Below are positions 17,585 through 24,493 of a stretch of DNA of 38,793 nt, piece after piece. Under the pieces are notes generated by a model. That model had not been told where the DNA came from, did no database searches, and was given only the letters and a program-made list of their open reading frames with translations. Position 1 is the first letter of the stretch. Every line of letters begins with the position of its first letter. The translations under genes and the position numbers were made by a program. This DNA comes from Anaerolineaceae bacterium (GTDB lineage Bacteria; Chloroflexota; Anaerolineae; Anaerolineales; Anaerolineaceae): contig DAOUGY010000385.1 of the NCBI GenBank assembly GCA_034428975.1, forward strand, positions 1 to 38,793. Direction: 5' to 3'.

Positions 17585-18481
17585 TTGTTCGAGTTTATTC
17601 GCAAGCTCTTAAAGAAAGAACCGCAAAAAACGGCAAAGCAGGATGCACAGACGATGCCGCTGGCTGAGGAGCAATTGGCTACGGTCACCTATCTGCCTAC
17701 GCCATATACACCGGCGCAGGTGATTGTGGGCAGCGGTCAATCGGTCGGCAAACAGCGCGACCATAACGAGGATACCCTGCTGGCATTCAACGCCATTATC
17801 GCGGATGGCGGCACCGATATGCCTTTTGGTGTATTCATCATTGCCGACGGCATGGGCGGCCATTTGCATGGAGAAGCTGCCAGCAATGCCGCGGTGCGAT
17901 CGATGGCGGATACGCTGATGCGGAAAATGTACCTGCCGGTTTTGGGCGTCACGGAGCGGGGATTTCAACAGAGCATTCAAGAGACGCTGGAAGAAGGAGT
18001 GCGAAGTGCGCACCAGGCGGTGGTGATCCGCGCGCCGGGGGGGGGCACAACGTTGACAACAGTGCTTTTGATGGGCGAACAGGTGAGTATTGCGCACGTC
18101 GGAGACAGCCGGGCTTACTTCTTGTTCCCGGATGGACGCGTGCAGGCAATCACCCAAGACCATTCGCTGGTCCGGCGACTTGTGGAGCTTGGGCAGCTGA
18201 GCGAAGCGGACGCCCTGACACACCCTCAACGCAGCGTGTTGTACCGCGCGATCGGGCAGTCGGAACCGTACCGGGCCGATATTCAGACTTTGCCGGTACC
18301 CAAACCGGGTTACTTGATGATATGCAGCGACGGGCTGTGGGGCGTCGTGCCTGAATCGGACATCTTCCGCATTGTTAAAAACAGCAGCACACCTTCGGAT
18401 GCATGCAAAGCTATGGTTGAAGCCGCCAACGAAGCCGGTGGGCCGGATAATATTTCGATCATTCTGGTGCAATTCTTGTAG
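17585..18481 (+). CDS. PP2C-family Ser/Thr phosphatase
   Basis: Metal-binding motifs NEDT, IIADGMGGHLHGEAAS, VGDSRAY, CSDGLWG and GGPDNISIILV. The TTG start at 17585 lies 5 nt after GGAGG (17575-17579). Confidence 0.9.
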   Translation: MFEFIRKLLKKEPQKTAKQDAQTMPLAEEQLATVTYLPTPYTPAQVIVGSGQSVGKQRDHNEDTLLAFNAIIADGGTDMPFGVFIIADGMGGHLHGEAASNAAVRSMADTLMRKMYLPVLGVTERGFQQSIQETLEEGVRSAHQAVVIRAPGGGTTLTTVLLMGEQVSIAHVGDSRAYFLFPDGRVQAITQDHSLVRRLVELGQLSEADALTHPQRSVLYRAIGQSEPYRADIQTLPVPKPGYLMICSDGLWGVVPESDIFRIVKNSSTPSDACKAMVEAANEAGGPDNISIILVQFL

Positions 18482-18504
18482 ATTCGCCTGGCATGGGGTA
18501 GGGC

Positions 18505-19983
18505 ATGGAGCAAAATCATTATCGGGTTTTGCAAATTCCGATTGACGCCACACCGGAGGAAATCCGGGCGGCTTACTTTGACGCCGCCCGGCAGTTTCAT
18601 CCGGATGTTAATCCGGACCCGGCAAGCCGAGAGATATTCCTTCAGATTCAAAAAGCGTACGATGTGCTGGTGGATCCCGTTACGCGGGTTGAGTATGACC
18701 AAAAACTGCCGGAGGGAGAAAAGATTCGGCCGGCAATTCAGGCCAATCTGGTGTACAGCCGTTCGGCGCTGCGCGCATTGAATGAGCCGCAACTGATTTA
18801 TGCGTTGTTGGATTTGGTGTGCCTAGTGGAACCGGACCCTTCGGGGCTGCCACCTGTGCATGTTTGCGTGGTGATTGACCGGTCCACCTCGATGTCGGGC
18901 GAGCGCATTGAAATGGTTAAGCATAGTGTGGCGCAATTTCTGCATAAGCTGCGTGACCAGGATATGGCTTCGATTGTGACTTTTTCGGACCGGGCGGAAA
19001 CCTTTATCCCGCCAACGTTAATCAGCGAGATTCCGGGATTAGACAGCAAACTGAGCATGATTTATATCGGTGGGGCGACCGAGATCATGCAAGGGATGCA
19101 GCTGGGCATTTCGCTGCTGCGGCAGGGTGCCGGACGCAACAGCATGATGCGCTATTTGATCCTCATTACGGATGGGCATACCTATGGCGATGAAGGCGCC
19201 TGTTACGAGTTGGCGCGAGCCGCATCCGCCGAGGGAATCTCGATCAACACGCTGGGGATCGGCAGTGAATGGAATGATGATTTTTTGGATCGCCTGGCGA
19301 GTATCGGCGGCGGCAACACATCCTATATCTCAAAAACCAAAGACCTGGTTGATTTCTTTGAAAAGCGAGCTGAATCGGCGGCGATGGTGTATGCCCGGAA
19401 TTTAAATTTTGAGTTTGCCACCGATGCGGGCATCCGGATGAATTATGCCTTTCGGATTCACCCGGAAATCAGCGAGCTGCCTATGACCAGCCCGATTCCA
19501 CTGGGAAGTCTGTATTATGGTTCGTCGATTCGATTGTTGTTCGAATTTCAGGTTGACCCATTGGATTCAGACGTGGATACGGTTCGGCTGGCTCGTGGTA
19601 AACTTGTTTTAGAGTTGGCCTCTCATCTTGGTCAGCTGCATCGCATTTTGGTGGGGATGCGCTGCCCGGTGATCGGTGAGTATGTTTTGGAAAGCCCGCC
19701 GGATGCGCTGATGGATGCACTCTCCCGCCTGACGTTGTACCGAATTCAACAAAAAGTTCGTGGGGAAGTGGAGAGCGGGGAAAACGTTAAAGCGGCGCGC
19801 CACCTGCAGCAATTGGCAACCAATTTGCTGGCGCGCGGCGAACGGGATTTGGCGCATATGATGTTGACCGAAGCCGACCATATCCGGCATCAGAATTCGT
19901 TCAGCCTGGATGGTGAGAAACGAATCAAATACGGCACGAGAGCGTTACTATTACCTCCCGAGGCAGGAAGTCCGACGCTATGA
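18505..19983 (+). CDS. J-domain / von Willebrand factor A (MIDAS) fusion protein
   Basis: N-terminal DnaJ J-domain (HYRVLQI...EIRAAYFDAARQFHPDVNPD with an intact HPD). The vWA domain has the MIDAS motif VVIDRSTSMSG (DxSxS), GGATEI and ILITDGHT. A C-terminal region of about 200 aa is unassigned. Confidence 0.85.
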   Translation: MEQNHYRVLQIPIDATPEEIRAAYFDAARQFHPDVNPDPASREIFLQIQKAYDVLVDPVTRVEYDQKLPEGEKIRPAIQANLVYSRSALRALNEPQLIYALLDLVCLVEPDPSGLPPVHVCVVIDRSTSMSGERIEMVKHSVAQFLHKLRDQDMASIVTFSDRAETFIPPTLISEIPGLDSKLSMIYIGGATEIMQGMQLGISLLRQGAGRNSMMRYLILITDGHTYGDEGACYELARAASAEGISINTLGIGSEWNDDFLDRLASIGGGNTSYISKTKDLVDFFEKRAESAAMVYARNLNFEFATDAGIRMNYAFRIHPEISELPMTSPIPLGSLYYGSSIRLLFEFQVDPLDSDVDTVRLARGKLVLELASHLGQLHRILVGMRCPVIGEYVLESPPDALMDALSRLTLYRIQQKVRGEVESGENVKAARHLQQLATNLLARGERDLAHMMLTEADHIRHQNSFSLDGEKRIKYGTRALLLPPEAGSPTL

Positions 19984-20501
19984 TCATCTGTCCCAATTGC
20001 CAAAACCAAGAGTTAGAAGGCGCGTTATTTTGCAGTGAGTGTGGTTCCAGGTTGGTGCCCATGGATCTTAAAAAAACGCAATCGTTAGGCCAGGTTGGAA
20101 ATACCGGATTAATCCCACCGCTACCGCAAGCCGGCGCATTCTTCGAAGCGCAGGAAGGCGCCCAGGTTGGGGAGCTGGAAATTTCTGTCCATTTAATGGA
20201 CAGCGGACAGGTGTTGAATCTAGCGGGCCGGACGGAGTTCACGCTGGGTAGGGTGGCGGAAGGGCAACCGATCTTGCCGGATGTGGATCTGTCTCCATAT
20301 GAGGCCTACGGCCAGGGCGTTTCACGGCTTCATGCCGCTTTGAAAATCATTGGCGGACGTCTGGCGGTGACCGACCTGGGTTCTTCGAATGGAACGCGCG
20401 TAAATGGGCAGAAAATAGTCCCTCATGTGGATTACCCCATCAATCATGGCGATATCGTGACGCTCGGGAAACTTCGTTTGCAGGTATTGCTGGGAAAATA
20501 G
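19980..20501 (+). CDS. Zinc-ribbon / FHA-domain protein
   Basis: N-terminal CPNC-x12-CSEC zinc ribbon. The C-terminal FHA domain shows FTLGR, GVSRLHAAL, DLGSSNGTRVNG and GDIVTLG. The start overlaps the upstream stop (ATGA). Confidence 0.87.
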   Translation: MIICPNCQNQELEGALFCSECGSRLVPMDLKKTQSLGQVGNTGLIPPLPQAGAFFEAQEGAQVGELEISVHLMDSGQVLNLAGRTEFTLGRVAEGQPILPDVDLSPYEAYGQGVSRLHAALKIIGGRLAVTDLGSSNGTRVNGQKIVPHVDYPINHGDIVTLGKLRLQVLLGK

Positions 20502-20509
20502 GTGAATGA

Positions 20510-20749
20510 ATGTACACGGTATTGATCCATCTTCAAAATGAAGATCCCGTATTGTGTGAGGTGGAAGAACTTCCAACTCCCACGGATTTGATGATCACAG
20601 TCAAAAACCCTCGAAAGAAAGATGGAAAAGATTTGCATTATCTGGAACCAAATGTGACGACCGTGATGTGGCCGATATCGCGGATCACATTCATTGAAAT
20701 CATCCCTGGCGCTGAAGAAGAAGACATTATCAGCTTTGTGCGGGAGTGA
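20510..20749 (+). CDS. 79-aa hypothetical protein (operon-embedded, unknown family)
   Basis: The ORF is wedged exactly between the FHA gene (8-nt gap, aggtga SD) and the regulator (GTGA overlap). It has no motif I recognise. My hand count gives about 43% GC. Confidence 0.55.
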   Translation: MYTVLIHLQNEDPVLCEVEELPTPTDLMITVKNPRKKDGKDLHYLEPNVTTVMWPISRITFIEIIPGAEEEDIISFVRE

Positions 20750-21480
20750 GTCCTATGCCGGATGAGACATTCAAGAATCGATTGATTCTCGTAGTGGACG
20801 ATGAAGAACGCATGGCGCGGTTTATCCGCCTGAATCTGGAGCACGATGGGTTCCAGGTGATTGAAGCGTATCGCGGCGGCAAAGCGATTCAGATGATTCG
20901 CGATTCGATGCCTGACCTGGTGATCTTGGACGTGATGATGCCGGATATGGATGGTTTTGAAGTGCTGCGCACGGTGCGAGAAATCAGCAGCCTCCCGGTG
21001 ATTATGTTGACCGCCAAGGGCGAGGAAGATGACCGGGTGCGCGGATTGGAATTGGGCGCCGATGATTATGTGACCAAACCCTTCAGCCCGCGGGAGTTAA
21101 TCAGCCGGGTGCGGGCTGTTCTACGCCGAACCGAGACGGCTTCGCCCTCGACCCATGGGATCATTGAGGTGGATGAGCATTTGCACATTGATTTTGACCG
21201 GCGCGAGGTGAAATTGGACGGCAAGCCCATCAAGCTGCGGCCGACAGAATACCGGTTGCTGTATCAACTGGTGCAGAATGCGGGCTGGGTGCTGACGTAT
21301 GATCAAATTCTGTCGAAAGTATGGGGGTATGAATATCGTGACGAGCCGCATTACGTGCGATTGTACGTGAATTATCTGCGCCAGAAGCTCGAAGAAGACC
21401 CGGCCAACCCCCGCTATATTCTGACAGAACGGGGTGTTGGTTACCGGTTTGTGGATTTTCACCGCAAGAAAGACAATTAA
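20746..21480 (+). CDS. OmpR/PhoB-family response regulator (no cognate histidine kinase adjacent)
   Basis: The receiver domain has DDEE, the phospho-acceptor context LVILDVMMPDMDG, LTAKGE and KPF. The winged-helix output shows LRPTEYRLLYQL and GVGYRF. The start is GTG 20746 or ATG 20755. Confidence 0.9.
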   Translation: MSPMPDETFKNRLILVVDDEERMARFIRLNLEHDGFQVIEAYRGGKAIQMIRDSMPDLVILDVMMPDMDGFEVLRTVREISSLPVIMLTAKGEEDDRVRGLELGADDYVTKPFSPRELISRVRAVLRRTETASPSTHGIIEVDEHLHIDFDRREVKLDGKPIKLRPTEYRLLYQLVQNAGWVLTYDQILSKVWGYEYRDEPHYVRLYVNYLRQKLEEDPANPRYILTERGVGYRFVDFHRKKDN

Positions 21481-21499
21481 GCTTTCTGACAAAGTGTTA

Positions 21500-21544
21500 A
21501 TACTCCGTTTGCGAAATTCCGATGCAAACGGAGTATCTTTTTCT
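21500..21544 (+). terminator. Rho-independent terminator ending the six-gene operon
   Basis: 13-bp perfect stem atactccgtttgc (21500-21512) / gcaaacggagtat (21524-21536) with an 11-nt loop, followed by ctttttct. Confidence 0.72.
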
Positions 21545-21589
21545 CAATGGCTGCATCCAAAGTGTGTAATTTGCGACAGGAGGTATCCG

Positions 21590-21799
21590 ATGCCATTGTA
21601 TAGTTTTGTTTGTGAAGATTGTGGACAGCGTTTTGACCGCCGCCTGCCTTTCAGCCAGGCCGATGAACAGCAGGTTTGTCCGAAGGGTCACCGACACGTT
21701 CACCGTGAGCTGGCCGTGCCGGCCATTGTCTTTCGCGGAAATGGTTTTTATGTGACGGACCACCCGAAGACTGCGCCGTCTGGAGAAAAGTTTTCGTAA
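21590..21799 (+). CDS. FmdB-family zinc-ribbon protein
   Basis: MPLYSFVCEDCGQRFD...CPKGH matches the CxxC...CPxC/H FmdB pattern. ATG 21590 follows aggagg. The track start at 21434 overlaps the regulator and the terminator. Confidence 0.8.
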   Translation: MPLYSFVCEDCGQRFDRRLPFSQADEQQVCPKGHRHVHRELAVPAIVFRGNGFYVTDHPKTAPSGEKFS

Positions 21800-21880
21800 A
21801 CGGTGTAACTTTTACTGGCCTGACTGCATCGAAATATCGACTATGCTATACTTTGAGAAACCGCCATTAAGGAGATGGGA

Positions 21881-22228
21881 ATGTTCAACGAACCGATTCA
21901 TGTAACCGACGCCGCTTTTGAGAAAGTGGTTTTGCAATCTGAATTGCCTGTGATCGTCGATTTTTGGGCGCCGTGGTGCGGACCGTGCCGATCGGTAGCG
22001 CCGATTTTGGACAAACTTGCCAAGGAATTCGCCGGAAAATTGATTGTGGCCAAGGTTAATACGGATGAGAATCCCGATTGGGCGTCCCGATTTGGGGTGC
22101 AGGGTATTCCGACGATGTTGTTTGTGCACGGGGGAAAGGTGATTCATCAGCAGGTCGGCGCGATGCCAGAGTTTATGCTGCGAGATGTGCTCACGCAATT
22201 CCTGTCGGTGGTGACGCCAGCCAAATAA
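21881..22228 (+). CDS. trxA: Thioredoxin
   Basis: VDFWAPWCGPCR active site, GIPTMLF, and about 115 aa in length. ATG 21881 is 6 nt after aaggag (21869-21874). The ATG at 21875 abuts the SD. Confidence 0.92.
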   Translation: MFNEPIHVTDAAFEKVVLQSELPVIVDFWAPWCGPCRSVAPILDKLAKEFAGKLIVAKVNTDENPDWASRFGVQGIPTMLFVHGGKVIHQQVGAMPEFMLRDVLTQFLSVVTPAK

Positions 22229-22244
22229 CTGGATGTTAAAATGT

Positions 22245-22282
22245 TCGCGGGAGGGTAGTTCAAAACCCTCCCGCGATTTTTT
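22245..22282. terminator. Intrinsic terminator between convergent trxA and murA
   Basis: 11-bp stem tcgcgggaggg (22245-22255) / ccctcccgcga (22266-22276) followed by tttttt, which overlaps the murA stop codon. Confidence 0.65.
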
Positions 22283-23561
22283 ATTCTGTCAGGCGCTCAA
22301 TTTGAGCGCCGAGGGATTTCAACTTTTCATCCACGCGCTCATAACCGCGGTCAATCTGGCCGATATTGCGGATGGTGGATTTGCCTTCAGCGGAAAGGGC
22401 TGCCAGAACGAGCGACATGCCCGCGCGGATGTCGGGGCTTTCCATTTTTTCGCTGTACAGGCGGGTTGGGCCTTGCACAATGCAGCGATGAGGATCGCAC
22501 AGCACGACCTGAGCGCCCATGCCGACCAGCTTATCGGTGAAGAACATGCGGCTGGGGTACATCCAATCGTGGAATAGCACGGAGCCTTTGGATTGGGTGG
22601 CGACGACGATAGCAATACTCATCAAGTCGGTGGGAAAAGCCGGCCAAGGCATGACGCTGATCTCGGGGATGGCGCCGCCCAGATCGGATTCAATGGTCAA
22701 GCGCTGTTCGGCGGGCACGATGACATCATCGCCTTCGGTTTGCCATTCGACGCCCAGACGGCCAAACACCAGACGGATCATATCCAAATACTGAATACCG
22801 GCGTTGCGAATGCGGATGGATCCATGTGTGACTACCGCCGCGCCGATGAAGCTGACCACTTCCAGATAGTCGGAGCCAATGGTGAATTCGCCACTGTGCA
22901 GGCGGGGAACACCATGGATGACGAGGGTGTTGGAACCGATGTTTTCGATGTGCCCGCCCAAAGCGTTGATGAAGTGGCAAAGCTCTTGAATGTGGGGTTC
23001 GGAAGCCGCATTGCGGATGATGGACGTACCGCGAGCCAGAGCGCATGCCATGATGGCGTTTTCGGTGGCGGTGACGGATGCTTCGTCGAGCAGGATGTCT
23101 GCGCCGGTGAGGTAGTCGGCCTTGAAACGGAACGAGCGATCATACACGGCTTCGGCGCCGAGTTTTTTGAGCGCAAGCAAGTGGGTATCGACACGGCGGC
23201 GACCAATCACATCCCCACCCGGAGGGGGGAGAATGAGTTCACCAGCGCGAGCCGTCATGGGACCGGCCAGCAAGATGGATGCGCGAATTTTGCGGCAAAG
23301 ATCGGGGTCGAGGTCGGCGGGGCGGATATTGCGGGCCTGAATTTTCCAAGTGTGCTCTGCGATCGTGGTGATTTCGACGCCCAGGCTTTCCAGCAGGGCG
23401 CGCATGGCTTTTACATCCAGAATCTCCGGTACATTGCGCAACACAACCGGTTCATCGGTGAGCAGGCATGCCGCCAGCAAGGGCAATGCGGCATTTTTGT
23501 TGCCTGCCGGGGTGACCTCGCCATTGAGCGGGATTCCACCCTGGATGATAAATTTTTCCAT
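22281..23561 (-). CDS. murA: UDP-N-acetylglucosamine 1-carboxyvinyltransferase (Asp at the fosfomycin-target position)
   Basis: The N-terminus GEVTPAGNKNAALPLLAACLL and the length (426 aa) fit MurA. The active-site loop reads LPPPGGDVIGRRRVDTH, with Asp at residue 117 where most MurA proteins have Cys. Confidence 0.93.
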   Translation of the reverse strand: MEKFIIQGGIPLNGEVTPAGNKNAALPLLAACLLTDEPVVLRNVPEILDVKAMRALLESLGVEITTIAEHTWKIQARNIRPADLDPDLCRKIRASILLAGPMTARAGELILPPPGGDVIGRRRVDTHLLALKKLGAEAVYDRSFRFKADYLTGADILLDEASVTATENAIMACALARGTSIIRNAASEPHIQELCHFINALGGHIENIGSNTLVIHGVPRLHSGEFTIGSDYLEVVSFIGAAVVTHGSIRIRNAGIQYLDMIRLVFGRLGVEWQTEGDDVIVPAEQRLTIESDLGGAIPEISVMPWPAFPTDLMSIAIVVATQSKGSVLFHDWMYPSRMFFTDKLVGMGAQVVLCDPHRCIVQGPTRLYSEKMESPDIRAGMSLVLAALSAEGKSTIRNIGQIDRGYERVDEKLKSLGAQIERLTE

Positions 23562-23683
23562 CGTGACCTCCGGGAAGTTAGTTGTAGATGTTCGTTTGAA
23601 ATTAAGGTTGTTCAGGGAAACTGTCTCGATGTGTTTGAAGTATTATAACCTTAGATTCAAATTGCGGCGTGAAGGGAAAGCGG

Positions 23684-24493
23684 ATGGAGAGCGTTCTGGA
23701 ACGTGTGCCGGACGGCGTTACAACTAACGGCGTATATGTGAGAATGAGCGGCGAGGGAGACACCATACTGATATTGCTGCATGGATTGGGGAGCGATAGC
23801 CGCATGTGGGGGTTACAGATCGAGACCCTGGCCAATCGCGGGTATCGGGTGGTGGCGGTTGATATACCGGGATTCGGAAAATCAACATTCGCTCAGAGAC
23901 GGTGGACGATCAAGCAAGCCGCACAACAGATATTTACCGGCTTGCCGGAAACCGGGTCGATGCGGCTTGTTTTGGTCGGGCTTTCACTGGGCGGAGCTGT
24001 GGCCCAAAGGATGGTTTTGAACCACCCGGAACGGTATTCTGGCCTGGTATTGGTGAACACCTTTGCCTGTTTGCGCAGCGGCAATTGGAGAAATATCCCG
24101 TATCTGGCGGATCGATTGATGCGTGCGTTGGCCGGCGGCGCTGGCGCGCAAGCGCAACGGGTGGCGGAACGGATCTTCCCGGCACCTGAACAAGATGAAC
24201 TGCGCAAGCTGCTGGTGCAGCAAATCCTGGAAACCGATGGGCGCATATATCGGAGTGCCATGATGGAGCTGGCGCGGTTTGATTCCCGGCATCTGTTGGG
24301 CAATCTCCGCCTGCCCACGCTGGTAATGAGCGGAAACCGGGACACAACCGTCGACGCGGCAGCCCAGACGGAGTTGGCCCGACGGATTCCGAACGCAAAA
24401 CAGGTTTGGCTGCCAGGTGGGCATGCTCTTCCACTGGATTGCCCGGATGAATTTAATCAGACGCTACTTCATTTCCTGCAAAGCCTGGATTAA
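23684..24493 (+). CDS. Alpha/beta-fold hydrolase
   Basis: [13 protein letters not shown] (oxyanion region), nucleophile elbow GLSLGG, and a C-terminal GGHALPLD histidine context. ATG 23684 follows gaaggg; GTG 23669 is an alternative start. Confidence 0.8.
   Translation: MESVLERVPDGVTTNGVYVRMSGEGDTILILLHGLGSDSRMWGLQIETLANRGYRVVAVDIPGFGKSTFAQRRWTIKQAAQQIFTGLPETGSMRLVLVGLSLGGAVAQRMVLNHPERYSGLVLVNTFACLRSGNWRNIPYLADRLMRALAGGAGAQAQRVAERIFPAPEQDELRKLLVQQILETDGRIYRSAMMELARFDSRHLLGNLRLPTLVMSGNRDTTVDAAAQTELARRIPNAKQVWLPGGHALPLDCPDEFNQTLLHFLQSLD

Noticed and set aside
17609-18553. A 314-aa minus-strand ORF spanning the entire PP2C gene.
   Set aside because: It is an antisense shadow ORF of a motif-rich, well-supported gene. 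Its translation is Arg/His/Cys/Gln-rich with no recognisable motif, which is typical of high-GC antisense frames.
21434-21589. An upstream extension of the FmdB ORF to 21434. Similar over-extensions occur at 11716 (SH3 protein), 12189 (DUF971), 26551 (nuclease), 26575 (YyaL) and 15569 (kinase).
   Set aside because: The extensions run through the upstream gene, a terminator hairpin or promoter-like AT-rich DNA. Internal ATGs with proper SD spacing or signal-peptide logic give family-typical N-termini.
22593-23648. A 351-aa plus-strand ORF opposite murA. The same category covers 4413-5420 opposite recG, 6401-7405 opposite yloV, 13747-14397 opposite glnA/DUF362, 14428-15177 opposite DUF362, and 15527-16360 opposite the PQQ kinase.
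   Set aside because: All lie antisense to genes with unmistakable family motifs. They have biased low-complexity composition (G/R/A/H/D-rich) and lack SD sequences, so they are stop-codon-poor antisense frames.
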